NCBI GenBank assembly: GCA_023245035.1
Contig: JAHFLD010000002.1
Coordinates: 131,517-195,516 of the forward strand
DNA from: Candidatus Harrisonbacteria bacterium
Lineage (GTDB): Bacteria > Patescibacteriota > Minisyncoccia > UBA6257 > 1-14-0-10-40-38
Reading direction: 5' to 3'
Length of the DNA: 64,000 nt
The notes beneath the pieces were generated by a model. It did no database searches, was not told the origin of the DNA, and saw only the letters and a list, made by a program, of their open reading frames with translations. This document shows, one piece after another, positions 43,059-52,668 of the stretch (position 1 is the stretch's first letter; the number at the start of each line of letters is the position of its first letter). Position numbers and translations under genes: made by a program.

Positions 43059-43150
43059 GCTGCCGGGCCTGGAATCGAACCAAGATTCCATGGTTCAGAG
43101 CCATGTGTCCTATCCCTAAATAAGATTATGGCGTTTCTTTGCCGTCCAAA
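43059..43150 (-). repeat. degenerate duplicate of the tRNA-Gln(CTG) 3' half plus a 43-nt spacer (copy B, complete acceptor-3'/T-arm/anticodon arm)
   Basis: GCTGCCGGGCCTGGAATCGAACCAAGATTCCATGGTTCAGAGCCATG, then TGTCCTATCCCTAAATAAGATTATGGCGTTTCTTTGCCGTCCAAA. The same unit appears in copy A. Confidence 0.6.
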
Positions 43151-43467
43151 GCTGCCGGGCCTGGAATCGAACCAAGATTGCATGGTTCAGAGCCATGCGT
43201 CCTACCATTAGACGACCCGGCAGTTTTGGACGCCAATTCTTTTTTTAGCTTACCACCCCATGGTGTATATTTTAAAACCCATTCTTTTTTCCTGGCCTCC
43301 GAAAGAGTGTTGAAAAGTTCTTTGAAGACTAAGTCAAAAGGACGGCGCTTCTTGGTACTTCTAACTCGTCCGGTGTTGTGATTTAAAAGACGCTTGTCTA
43401 GGTCAACACATGTTCCAACATATAGTTTACCGTCCTTTTGACTTTTTAAAATATAAAGGTACGCCAT
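43126..43467 (-). CDS. small GIY-YIG nuclease-family protein, copy 2; its reading frame runs into and through the tRNA-Gln gene (true 3' end uncertain)
   Basis: MAYLYILKSQKDGKLYVGTCVDLDKRLLNHNTGRV is GIY-YIG-like. The homologous part ends near ...KLKKELA, at about the tRNA 5' end, and there is no stop codon before 43126. Confidence 0.45.
   Translation of the reverse strand: MAYLYILKSQKDGKLYVGTCVDLDKRLLNHNTGRVRSTKKRRPFDLVFKELFNTLSEARKKEWVLKYTPWGGKLKKELASKTAGSSNGRTHGSEPCNLGSIPGPAALDGKETP
43152..43222 (-). tRNA. tRNA-Gln (anticodon CTG)
   Basis: The reverse complement reads TGCCGGGTCGTCTAATGGTAGGACGCATGGCTCTGAACCATGCAATCTTGGTTCGATTCCAGGCCCGGCAG. It has the same acceptor, D- and T-arms as the TTG isoacceptor at 3839. 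Anticodon loop CTCTGAA. Confidence 0.7.
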
Positions 43468-43477
43468 AATCTTATCG

Positions 43478-43510
43478 GGACCCCGGTCGCTAGAGGGCGA
43501 TCTAGGGGCC
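43478..43510. repeat. 33-bp direct repeat X, copy 2 (10 nt upstream of the GIY-YIG copy 2 start)
   Basis: GGGACCCCGGTCGCTAGAGGGCGATCTAGGGGCC. Confidence 0.6.
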
Positions 43511-43609
43511 TTTAGACGACCCGGCAAGGGGATGCAGTTCGCGGGTGGTGGTTTTGGGCTTAACCCTTTCCACAGTGCTTCGTCCGCCAAGCTATAATAT
43601 AATGGAGAC

Positions 43610-44092
43610 ATGAATGAACGCAAACCGCTTCGCGTCTTGATTGGCATACTCGTTATCATCGTAGTTTTGTTTTCCTGGTCGTGGTTGGGCAATCCAAATC
43701 GCGGAGTGATATCTGCGTGGAAGAAGGCCGGTGTTGGGTGTCTGGCGGCACATGAAAATGCCGGACAACATATTCATCAGCACTTGTTTATTAGAGTTGA
43801 CGGCAAGGAGGAGGGAATACCGGCGAATACCGGCATCGTTCAGGGCTGTATGGCCGAGGTGCATGTGCATGGCAATGATGATGAGCTTCATGTGGAGAGC
43901 GTTGATCCGACCAAAAAAATAACGCTTGGGCAGTTTATGACAGTTTACGGAAAGCCCTTAGCGAGGGATGGTTACCGAGTAACGCTTAAAGTTGACGCCG
44001 TGCCATCAGAGAAGCTGGGCGACTTGATTCTTGCCGACGGCCAGACGATTGAGCTTGATTATGAATCCATTACACCCGATGCCAAAAAATAA
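43610..44092 (+). CDS. hypothetical membrane-anchored protein (His-rich periplasmic part)
   Basis: 160 aa with an N-terminal TM. A TATAAT at 43594-43599 lies 11 nt upstream of the ATG. Confidence 0.45.
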   Translation: MNERKPLRVLIGILVIIVVLFSWSWLGNPNRGVISAWKKAGVGCLAAHENAGQHIHQHLFIRVDGKEEGIPANTGIVQGCMAEVHVHGNDDELHVESVDPTKKITLGQFMTVYGKPLARDGYRVTLKVDAVPSEKLGDLILADGQTIELDYESITPDAKK

Positions 44093-45368
44093 TCCAGCGC
44101 CAAAAAATGAGGTGGCGATAGACGAAGCCCTTCCCGATGGTTTGATAAAGGACGCTTTGGACAAGCAGCTGCGCGGAGCGCCGAGCCAGGTTTCTATTAT
44201 CAAGCTAGTGGACAATCTGATTGAGAACGCCGCCGAAATGCGGGCGTCGGACGTGCATATTGATCCGGAAGAAAAGGACATTCGAGTTCGTTTTAGAATT
44301 GACGGCGTGTTGCACGACAGTTTTATTTTGCCCAAAGAATTGCACTCGGAGGTAATTACCCGCATCAAGATTTTATCCAGTATGCGCACCGACGAGCATC
44401 AGGCGGCGCAAGACGGACGATTCAAGTTTTTTTTAAAGCATGACGGACACGATATAAAAATAGATGTGCGGGTTTCCGTGGCGCCGACTTATTATGGAGA
44501 AAATTGCGTGATGCGACTTTTGGGCGAGGGCAACACCGCTTTTACTCTGGTTTCGCTCGGATTTTCCGAGGAAAATATGAATCGCGTCCATAAGGCGATT
44601 AAGAAGCCTTATGGCATGATTCTCGCCACCGGCCCCACGGGTTCCGGAAAGACGACGACGCTTTATTCAATTTTAAAAGAGCTGAATACCAAAGATGTCT
44701 CCATTATCACCATTGAAGATCCGGTGGAATATTCCATGGAAGGGTTGGATCAGATTCAGGTAAACCCGCGGACGGGACTAACTTTTGCCGACGGTTTGCG
44801 ATTCATCTTGCGTCAGGATCCGAACATCATAATGGTCGGTGAAATTCGCGACAACGAGACGGCGGGCATCGCGGTCAACGCCGCTATGACCGGACATTTG
44901 GTGCTGTCCACGCTCCACACCAACGACGCGGCAACAACCCTGCCTCGCTTGCTGGATATGAAGGTGGAGCCATTCTTAATTTCTTCCACGTTAAATGTCG
45001 CTATCGGCCAGCGCTTGGTGCGAATGATCTGCGCCGATTGCAAGGTAGAGAAGAGAATGTCGCCGGCGGAGATTCAGGCGCTGACGGCCATTATTCCGGT
45101 AGAGATGTTAAAAGGTAAAACTGATTTTTATTCCGGCGTCGGCTGTAAAAAATGCAACGGTAGCGGTTACAAGAGCCGAATCGGCATTCATGAAGTGCTG
45201 GAGAATACCGAGGTAATCCGCGATCTTATAATGAAGCGGGCCAGCGCTTCGGAGATACGAACCGCCGCTCAGAAGCAGGGGATGAAGACGATGCTGGAGG
45301 ATGGAATTGAAAAGGCCCTAAAAGGCACAACGACAATTGAGGAGGTGCTCCGCGTATTCCATGACTAA
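44061..45368 (+). CDS. type IV pilus / type II secretion assembly ATPase (PilB/GspE family)
   Basis: Walker A GPTGSGKTTT, Asp and His boxes, and a tetracysteine CADCK...CKKCNGSGY motif. An alternative start lies at 44079. The N-terminal region is short. Confidence 0.8.
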   Translation: MNPLHPMPKNNPAPKNEVAIDEALPDGLIKDALDKQLRGAPSQVSIIKLVDNLIENAAEMRASDVHIDPEEKDIRVRFRIDGVLHDSFILPKELHSEVITRIKILSSMRTDEHQAAQDGRFKFFLKHDGHDIKIDVRVSVAPTYYGENCVMRLLGEGNTAFTLVSLGFSEENMNRVHKAIKKPYGMILATGPTGSGKTTTLYSILKELNTKDVSIITIEDPVEYSMEGLDQIQVNPRTGLTFADGLRFILRQDPNIIMVGEIRDNETAGIAVNAAMTGHLVLSTLHTNDAATTLPRLLDMKVEPFLISSTLNVAIGQRLVRMICADCKVEKRMSPAEIQALTAIIPVEMLKGKTDFYSGVGCKKCNGSGYKSRIGIHEVLENTEVIRDLIMKRASASEIRTAAQKQGMKTMLEDGIEKALKGTTTIEEVLRVFHD

Positions 45369-46419
45369 AAATTTATTTCTGAAAGTTTCTCTGCAGGAGA
45401 AAATTCTCTTCACCAAGAACCTGGCTTTATCCATCAAGGCCGGGGTGTCGCTGGTTAATAGTCTGCAATTCATCCGAATGCAGATGAAGAGCCGGAGTTT
45501 TAGAAAGATTCTGGATGAAGTTTTGACCGAGGTAAATCGGGGGAAGTTTTTGTCGGACAGTTTAGCCAAATATTCCAATGTTTTCGGCGAATTGTTTGTG
45601 AATATCATCCGGATCGGGGAGACGAGCGGCAATCTGCCGGGAAATCTGCTTTTTTTGGGGGATGAGTTAAAAAAGCAGAGCGAGCTTCGCAAAAAAGTTA
45701 AGGGAGCGATGATTTATCCGATTATCATCATGATCGTGACGGTGATTATCGCGACTTCCATGATTGTGTTTGTCTTTCCAAAGATTCTGCCGCTTTTCCA
45801 GAATATTAAGGGTGGTTTGCCGCTGACGACGCGAATTTTAATAAAACTATCGGATGTAATTTCTAATTTTGGAATTTATCTTGGGCTTGGCGTGGTGGCT
45901 TTTTTTATCGGGTTCCGTTTGTTATTGAGGATTCCGGCGGTGCGCTTTGTGTTTCACGAGATATTATTTTATGTTCCGATTGCCGGGCGATCCATTGTGT
46001 ATTTCAATATGGCAAATTTTACGCGAACGCTGGGAATTCTTTTGCGGAGCGGCATTCCAATCGTGGATTCAATTACTATCGCGGCGCGAAGTCTGACCAA
46101 CCTGGTTTATCAGCGATATCTAAAACTGGCTGGCGACCAAATTCGCAAGGGAGATTTTTTGTCAAAATATCTGGCGCGTTATCCCAAGCGGTTTCCGGTT
46201 ACGATGGTTAACCTGATCACGGTGGGCGAGAACACCGGTAATTTAACCGACAACCTGGCGTATGTGGCGGAATATTACGAAAACGAAGTGGATGATCTGG
46301 TAAAAAATCTGTCCAACATTTTGGAACCGATTCTTTTGGTTTTCATGGGAACAGTAGTGGGTTTTATCGCGCTGTCATTCATAACCCCGATTTATCAGCT
46401 AACCAGGTCATTGCATTAA
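45361..46419 (+). CDS. type IV pilus assembly platform protein (PilC/GspF family)
   Basis: Two GspF repeats, three TMs, and an 8-nt overlap with the ATPase gene. Confidence 0.8.
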   Translation: MTKNLFLKVSLQEKILFTKNLALSIKAGVSLVNSLQFIRMQMKSRSFRKILDEVLTEVNRGKFLSDSLAKYSNVFGELFVNIIRIGETSGNLPGNLLFLGDELKKQSELRKKVKGAMIYPIIIMIVTVIIATSMIVFVFPKILPLFQNIKGGLPLTTRILIKLSDVISNFGIYLGLGVVAFFIGFRLLLRIPAVRFVFHEILFYVPIAGRSIVYFNMANFTRTLGILLRSGIPIVDSITIAARSLTNLVYQRYLKLAGDQIRKGDFLSKYLARYPKRFPVTMVNLITVGENTGNLTDNLAYVAEYYENEVDDLVKNLSNILEPILLVFMGTVVGFIALSFITPIYQLTRSLH

Positions 46420-46428
46420 AACGCCGCC

Positions 46429-48234
46429 ATGCAACGAACGCATACTTCGCAACGAGGCGCGACGCTTTTGGAAACGCTAATCGGCGTGATTATTATCGGC
46501 ATCGTCGGTTTTAGCTTGTTTAGGGCTTTTACAACTTTGATTGACGTGTTCGGCACGATTAAGATAAAAAACGCGGCCACGAACTTGGCAAATGAGCAGA
46601 TGGAGGTGATTAAGAATATGAGTTATTCCGTCATCGGCACGATGGGCGGGATTCCCTCGGGAGTTATCGCGCCTTCACAGGGATTTTTGCGCGATGGTTT
46701 TCAACTTTTGATGCAGACTACGGTGCGAAACATTGATGATCCATTTGACGGAACGCTGGGCGGAACGCCCAATGATACCGCGCCGGCCGATTATAAGCTG
46801 GTAGAACTTTCAGTTTCCTGCACCACTTGTTTGGCCTCCTCCACGGTTACTATCACGGGACGAGTGGCGCCAAAAAGCCTGGAGTCCGCCTCGACTAACG
46901 GCGCGCTTTTCGTTCAAGCCATTGATGCCAATGGTGCCTTTGTTCCGAACGCCACGGTGCACGTGGTCAACAACCAAATAAATCCGACAATTAACGTAAC
47001 CGATGTCACCAATACAAATGGCGTGCTTCAATTGGTGGATGTTCCGCCGTCTTTTCAGTCCTACCAAATTACAGTCAGCAAATCCGGATATTCTTCAAGT
47101 CAAACTTATTCCACCAGCACCGGAAATCCCAATCCAACCGCGCCTCATTCAACTGTGGCGGCCCAATCAGTGACCCAAACAACCTTTGCCATTGACCGAG
47201 TCGGCCAGATTAATTTTTCCAGTTTGAACGCGACCTGCAATACGGTAGACAACACTTCGGTACAAATTTCGGGAAGCAAGCTTATCGGTACCGCTCCCAA
47301 TGTTTTGAAGTTTAATCAGAGTTATGTTTTTCCGGCTGGCGGAACGCTTTCGGTGCCGAGTTTGGAGTGGGATACTTATTCGGTGACGGCGAGCAACGCC
47401 GGTTATGATCTGGCTGGTTCCATTCCAACCTTGCCACTCAATCTGAATCCGGGCGTTACCCAAGGAGTGAAGCTAATTTTTCAGCCAAAAAGCTCGGCGG
47501 CGATTCTGGCCACTATTTTAGACAACGCTACGCGCCTGCCACTCGCGAACGCCACGGTGGCTTTAAGCCAGGGCGTGAACCCGGTGACAACCCTGACCAC
47601 CGGCAGGGGCTTTTTGGGGCAGACCAGTTGGGCTGGAGGATCGGGACAAGCCAACTTTGGCAATAACACCTTTTATGAATCACAAGACGGTAATATAGCC
47701 GACGGGAGTCCGGCGGGGGAGGCGAAGCTTAAGCTTTTGGCGACTTCCACTTACGCCACCGCCGGAGTTTTGATTTCTTCTACTTTTGACACCGGCTCGG
47801 CGAGTAATTTTTATAATTTTACCTTTAACCCGATAAGCCAGCCACCCGATATCGGGGCTAATAGCGTTCGCTTTCAACTGGCGAGCGCCACAACCAGTAC
47901 TCCGCTTACTTGGAATTTTTTGGGACCCGACGGCACCGCGTCATCCTATTATGACGCGGTTAATAGCAATATAAACGCCGCGCACAATGGCGACCGTTAT
48001 TTGAAATATAAAATTTATCTGCAAACCGCGAGTACAACTTTTACCCCGAGCGTTTCCGATATTGCCGCCACTTTTGCTTCGGATTGCGTGCCTCCGGGCC
48101 AGGTTTTATTCCAGGGACTGCCGCAAAATCAGACCTACACGCTGACGGTGGATCGCGCCGGTTATCAAACCCAGGTACAAAACATCACCTTGGACGCGAC
48201 CTTTAAAGAAATTCTAATTTTGATGTCGCCATAA
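46429..48234 (+). CDS. large prepilin-type N-terminal-domain protein (pilin-like, 601 aa)
   Basis: QRGATLLETLIGVIIIGIV is the class III signal / N-methylation motif (G|ATLLE). The rest is T/S/N-rich, beta-like. Confidence 0.65.
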   Translation: MQRTHTSQRGATLLETLIGVIIIGIVGFSLFRAFTTLIDVFGTIKIKNAATNLANEQMEVIKNMSYSVIGTMGGIPSGVIAPSQGFLRDGFQLLMQTTVRNIDDPFDGTLGGTPNDTAPADYKLVELSVSCTTCLASSTVTITGRVAPKSLESASTNGALFVQAIDANGAFVPNATVHVVNNQINPTINVTDVTNTNGVLQLVDVPPSFQSYQITVSKSGYSSSQTYSTSTGNPNPTAPHSTVAAQSVTQTTFAIDRVGQINFSSLNATCNTVDNTSVQISGSKLIGTAPNVLKFNQSYVFPAGGTLSVPSLEWDTYSVTASNAGYDLAGSIPTLPLNLNPGVTQGVKLIFQPKSSAAILATILDNATRLPLANATVALSQGVNPVTTLTTGRGFLGQTSWAGGSGQANFGNNTFYESQDGNIADGSPAGEAKLKLLATSTYATAGVLISSTFDTGSASNFYNFTFNPISQPPDIGANSVRFQLASATTSTPLTWNFLGPDGTASSYYDAVNSNINAAHNGDRYLKYKIYLQTASTTFTPSVSDIAATFASDCVPPGQVLFQGLPQNQTYTLTVDRAGYQTQVQNITLDATFKEILILMSP

Positions 48235-48238
48235 AAAC

Positions 48239-48874
48239 ATGCCCCGCCTATTAAACTTTAACCCAAAAAAATCCACCGCCGGTTTTACCCTGCTAGAACT
48301 TTTGGTTGTGATGGGGGTGCTGATAGTTATCGGCGGAGTGGTGGTCTTTGCCTTGCGAAATCTTTTTTTGACGAGCGATTTTTTGGGAGAGTCGCTGTCG
48401 GATGAGCGCGATTTGGAAAACACGATTCAGACCATGACCCGCGAAATTCGCGCCGCTTCGCCTTCGAGTCTCGGCAGTTATCCTTTGGCGGTGACTGGCA
48501 GCACCAGCGTGGCATTTTTTGTGAATCTTGATTCGGACACAAAAAAGGAGCGGGTCCAATATTTTTTGGAGGGCACGACTCTCAAGAGGAGCGTTGTCTA
48601 TCCAGCCGGTTCGCCGCTGACCTATAGCACCACTACCGCTCAGGAGAGTTTGGCCACGGTTCTGCGGGGAATCGCCGCCAGCACGACACCGCTTTTTTCC
48701 TACTACGATAAAAACTTTGGCGGGACGACGACGCCGCTTACCCAACCAATCAACGTTAGCGACGTTCGCCACATCCGAATCGCGATTACAATTGATAAAA
48801 GCCCGATTGATAACAATCCGCCGCTAGGGGCCGTGGGCGAGGTGACGGTCCGTAATTTGAAGGATAATTATTGA
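48239..48874 (+). CDS. prepilin-type N-terminal cleavage/methylation-domain protein (pseudopilin)
   Basis: AGFTLLELLVVMGVLIVIGG. 211 aa. Confidence 0.7.
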   Translation: MPRLLNFNPKKSTAGFTLLELLVVMGVLIVIGGVVVFALRNLFLTSDFLGESLSDERDLENTIQTMTREIRAASPSSLGSYPLAVTGSTSVAFFVNLDSDTKKERVQYFLEGTTLKRSVVYPAGSPLTYSTTTAQESLATVLRGIAASTTPLFSYYDKNFGGTTTPLTQPINVSDVRHIRIAITIDKSPIDNNPPLGAVGEVTVRNLKDNY

Positions 48875-50322
48875 AACAAGATATGAAGAAAACACTGGGA
48901 CAAGTTTTGGTGCCATCGCTCCTCGTTAGCTTCATCGGCGGAGCGTTGATAATTGTTTTAACCAATCTCGCGGTGGCCAACCTTTCCACGATTGGGAAGG
49001 CCAGTTCTTCGGAGTTGGCTTTTCAGATCGCCGAGGCGGGGATTGAATACTATCGCTGGCATTTAGCTCACGCTTCGAGCGACTATCAAAATGGTACTGG
49101 CCAACCGGGGCCGTATACGATTCCTTACAACGACAAAAACGGAACGCAGATCGGGCAGATTATTTTGGACATCACGCCGCCGCCCATTGGTTCCACGGTA
49201 GTTACGATTTTATCTACCGGCAAGGTGACTGCCGATCCTTCGGTTCAGCGAAAGATTAGATCTCAACTTGCGATTCCGTCTTTGGCTAGATACGCGACGG
49301 TGGCCAACGACGTTATGCGCTTTGGTCCCGGAACGGAAATTTTTGGGCCGATTCACTCCAATGCCGGCATTCGTTTTGACGGCATTGCCAATAACATCGT
49401 GACCAGCGCGCAGGCGAGCTATGACGACCCCGATCATAGCGGGGCCAACGAGTTCGGTGTTCATACCCATGTCAACCCAACAGATCCTCTGCCACCGGCC
49501 ACAGCACCGAATCGTCCCGATGTGTTTCGAGCCGGGCGGCAATTTCCGGTTCCGGCGGTGGATTTTCCCGGATTAACCGCCAACTTGGCACAGATTAAAA
49601 CCGACGCGCAGGCGGCTGGGCGATATTTCGCCAACTCGGGCGGGCAAGGATACTATATGATTCTTAAGACGGATGACAGTTTTGACTTGTATCGGGTTAA
49701 TTCTCTGACTAATCCGCCGTCGGGTTGCGACAACCTACTCGGACAGACCGGTTGGGGAACCTGGAGCTTTGCCACCAACACCCAGCCGTTTTTGGGAAAT
49801 TATACTTTTCCGGCAAATGGGCTGATATTTTTTGAGGATCACTTGTGGGTACGAGGACAAATCAATACCGCCCGACTTACTATTGCCTCTGGAGTTTTTC
49901 CGGAGACGCCGACAACCAATACCAGCATAACTGTGAATAATGATTTACTTTATACCAATTTTGACGGACAGGATGTGATTTCTTTAATCGCGCAAAACAA
50001 TCTCAACGTTGGCTGGGCCTCGGCCAACACGCTCACGATTGATGCCGCGCTCGTGGCAAAAAACGGAAGAGTCGGAAGGTATTATTATCGGCCACCGACG
50101 AGCACGAGCAATCAACGTTGCGCGCCTTATCACGTGCGTAATCAAATTACGCTCTACGGAACGATTACCACTAATCAGCGTTACGGCTTTGCCTATACCG
50201 ACGGCACGGGCTACGCCACCCGAACCATAACCTACGATCCAAACTTACTCTACGCGCCACCGCCGAGTTTTCCGCTGACGTCTTCGCAGTACGAAATTAT
50301 TTCGTGGGAGGAGGTGCGTTAG
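48871..50322 (+). CDS. pilus-associated membrane-anchored protein (PilX/minor-pilin-like position)
   Basis: 483 aa with an N-terminal TM. A 4-nt overlap with the upstream pseudopilin suggests an operon. Confidence 0.45.
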   Translation: MKQDMKKTLGQVLVPSLLVSFIGGALIIVLTNLAVANLSTIGKASSSELAFQIAEAGIEYYRWHLAHASSDYQNGTGQPGPYTIPYNDKNGTQIGQIILDITPPPIGSTVVTILSTGKVTADPSVQRKIRSQLAIPSLARYATVANDVMRFGPGTEIFGPIHSNAGIRFDGIANNIVTSAQASYDDPDHSGANEFGVHTHVNPTDPLPPATAPNRPDVFRAGRQFPVPAVDFPGLTANLAQIKTDAQAAGRYFANSGGQGYYMILKTDDSFDLYRVNSLTNPPSGCDNLLGQTGWGTWSFATNTQPFLGNYTFPANGLIFFEDHLWVRGQINTARLTIASGVFPETPTTNTSITVNNDLLYTNFDGQDVISLIAQNNLNVGWASANTLTIDAALVAKNGRVGRYYYRPPTSTSNQRCAPYHVRNQITLYGTITTNQRYGFAYTDGTGYATRTITYDPNLLYAPPPSFPLTSSQYEIISWEEVR

Positions 50323-50547
50323 GGGACTCGCCATCTCCTTTGCAGTCACCGCGGTTTCATTTTCTCCAGCGGAAAATGAACCGCTACCTCTCAACTTAAA
50401 AATTTTGACTGCTGTCAAAAACCGATCTTTTTAAGTTTCCGAGAGTTGCCCGCAGAAGGAGATGGCTCGCTGGTTGGGGCGGTGATAGCCTAGCTCGTGT
50501 CGTCTCCGAGAGCTTCCCAAAATACAAAAGTCCTCGCTGGGTGGGAA
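50323..50547 (+). repeat. R3-type hairpin element (arms GACTCGCCATCTCCTTTGCAG / CGCAGAAGGAGATGGCTCGC) plus a 60-nt tail module
   Basis: Begins at the stop codon of the pilus gene. The tail CCTAGCTCGTGTCGTCTCCGAGAGCTTCCCAAAATACAAAAGTCCTCGCTGGGTGGGAAT matches 12434-12492. Confidence 0.55.
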
Positions 50548-50552
50548 TTGAA

Positions 50553-50583
50553 TAATAAAAAGCCCCGACGAGAGTCGGGGCTT
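50553..50583 (-). terminator. intrinsic terminator of the 50623-51162 gene
   Basis: Minus strand reads AAGCCCCGACTCTCGTCGGGGCTT followed by TTTATTATT. Confidence 0.6.
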
Positions 50584-50622
50584 GGGTGGTGGCGCCAGGA
50601 TAGCGGCGAGTCACCAGCTTGA

Positions 50623-51162
50623 TCAAGATTGAGTTTGCGAGACGGCGAAGGCGAATCCGTAGCCATGACACCACCCGTTGCCAGGCCCGACGTCGTACGT
50701 GCCGAGCCAGCGGCCATCGTCGTAACGGTTCGCGTCCAGCAAGTATGGACCGTAACCCATGGCGCAACTGGATTCGTGCATGGCAACGATGCAGATCAAG
50801 CCCATGGCTTTGATGTCCGCATCAGAGAACTTTTCACGGATGAGGCAGGCCACTTCGGCGTTCGGTTTCGAGAGCTTGCGCCTTTTGGCCTCAGCGCAAA
50901 TTTTCGACTTTACGAGGTCGTTGTCCTTGAAGAGCATACTCTTCAAGATGGCGACCTTGGTCGTGATGTCACTCGTCGGTACAAAGCTTGGCGAACAGAG
51001 CAAATGCCTTGCGTAGCATCCGACGCGGAAACGGTTGCCCCTGAGACGCTTGACCCATTCCTCGCCGGAGGTGCCATCGGAGGTGACGCTGAAGTAGATC
51101 ACACCATCTTTCTCAAGCCACTTTGGCTTCTTCTTGCGCTTGGTCGTCTTCGATTTTACCAC
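50623..51162 (-). CDS. hypothetical protein, member D of the GC-rich paralogous family
   Basis: 179 aa. The C-terminal 90 aa align with ORF 5271-6005 (see that entry). The full-length antisense ORF is attributed to the GC-rich composition. Confidence 0.5.
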   Translation of the reverse strand: MVKSKTTKRKKKPKWLEKDGVIYFSVTSDGTSGEEWVKRLRGNRFRVGCYARHLLCSPSFVPTSDITTKVAILKSMLFKDNDLVKSKICAEAKRRKLSKPNAEVACLIREKFSDADIKAMGLICIVAMHESSCAMGYGPYLLDANRYDDGRWLGTYDVGPGNGWCHGYGFAFAVSQTQS

Positions 51163-51834
51163 TAGAGCCTTCTTTCTTGGCGTTTGAATTATATCCGAAT
51201 CGCTCGGATGGGCGCTTTACCTCATGGTAAGGTAAGTTGAAATTGTCAACGAACGCTGTTACTCTAGCACGGCTTTTGCTTTTTTGTCAATGACTCTAAG
51301 GCTTGGATGTGTTAGTTGCTTATTTTGAGACTCTCTGTTAATGTATGTTTCAGCGCGGGGGGAGACTGCGGGCATGGTGTGGTTTTGACCACTATCGACC
51401 TCATGTTTTTTTCTCCGCGCAACAGATTCAAGAGGCGAGACTATGGGCAGTTTGTTCCTAAAAGGAAACTTAAAGGGACGTGTTTGGCCTCTTTGGCCTT
51501 GAATTGCGAAATGCATTTTCGTTTTTCGAGGTCTTAAATTATGGAGCGAGGGGAACTTAACGGGTACTGTGTTTCGCACTAATTTCCGGGTGTTCTTCCT
51601 CTCTCCAGCTCTTTTGGCGGACTACGCAGATGCTGTTCTTCATTGAACTTTCCCTCGCCTGTTCGCCAGCCCCATCGCTTGAAAAGTGATGAGGCATTTT
51701 TTTATGTGCAAGAACTGATAAAGTTTGGGTATTTCTACGCAGAGGCAAAAAACTGGCGTTATTTAAGACATTCGCTCTATAAATAATCTAGCAGTATAAT
51801 GAGAAGATATTATCCAATAAAAATTATAAATCAC

Positions 51835-52428
51835 ATGCGAAAAGATTTAATTTCGGAGAAATTTGATTTTAGCCAGGGACTATCGGGCATGAGCGCCAAG
51901 ATGCTCTCCGAGCACGTGAAGCTCTACGAGGGTTATGTAAAAAAGGCCAATGAAATTCAAGTCAAAATAGAATCGGCTGATAAGAGCGAGGCTAACGGGG
52001 CTTATAGTTTTATTGGCGAGCTAAAACGACAGGAGACTTTTTCGGTTAACGGAATTAAGCTTCACGAGGTTTATTTTGGCCATTTGAAAGGCGATGGCGT
52101 TGCGAAGGGCAAGCTGGTAGAGATGATTGAGCGGGATTTTGGTTCGCTTGAGGCCTGGAAGTTAGACATGGTGGCTACGGGAATTTGCGCCAGAGGTTGG
52201 GCGGTTTTGGCGTATGATTATCGAGATAAAAAACTACACAACTACGGAGCGGACGCGCATAACGTTGGCGCGGTTTGGGGAGCGATACCTTTAATAGTGC
52301 TGGATGTTTATGAGCACGCTTACTTTATGGATTATGGCGTGGCGCGGAAGGATTACCTGGAGGCATTTTTTAAGAATCTTGACTGGGATTTTGCGAATAA
52401 GATTTTAGGCGAGTACGTGCGTGAATAG
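51835..52428 (+). CDS. Fe/Mn superoxide dismutase family protein
   Basis: C-terminal LDVYEHAYFMDYGVARKDYLEAFFKNLDW and central ERDFGSLEAW...GWAVLAYD match SodA/B. The start was moved to the ATG at 51835, because the ATG at 51799 lies inside a TATAAT box. Confidence 0.6.
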   Translation: MRKDLISEKFDFSQGLSGMSAKMLSEHVKLYEGYVKKANEIQVKIESADKSEANGAYSFIGELKRQETFSVNGIKLHEVYFGHLKGDGVAKGKLVEMIERDFGSLEAWKLDMVATGICARGWAVLAYDYRDKKLHNYGADAHNVGAVWGAIPLIVLDVYEHAYFMDYGVARKDYLEAFFKNLDWDFANKILGEYVRE

Positions 52429-52668
52429 TTTCGCTGGGCGTTAGCCTGTGGATTTTTGGGTTGCGCATATAAAAAGGCGGGTTCTGGTGGTCAGAACCCG
52501 CCTGTCCGGGGTGAGTCAGCCAACAACCACCCCGAACGCATTGGAAACACAGCCGTGCCAAGGTGATGAAGTACCGTGGAGATTCGCATGGACGCGGAGA
52601 GTTGCCGTTTTACGGCTGTGTTTCACTCGAAGGTGCTGATTTTACTTTAGTCGCCGGTTATTCCGCTG

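Noticed and set aside
50629-51165. 178-aa plus-strand ORF fully antisense to 50623-51162
   Set aside because: Family similarity (to 5271-6005) and the intrinsic terminator both support the minus strand. The plus-strand protein is Arg/Ala/Val low-complexity.
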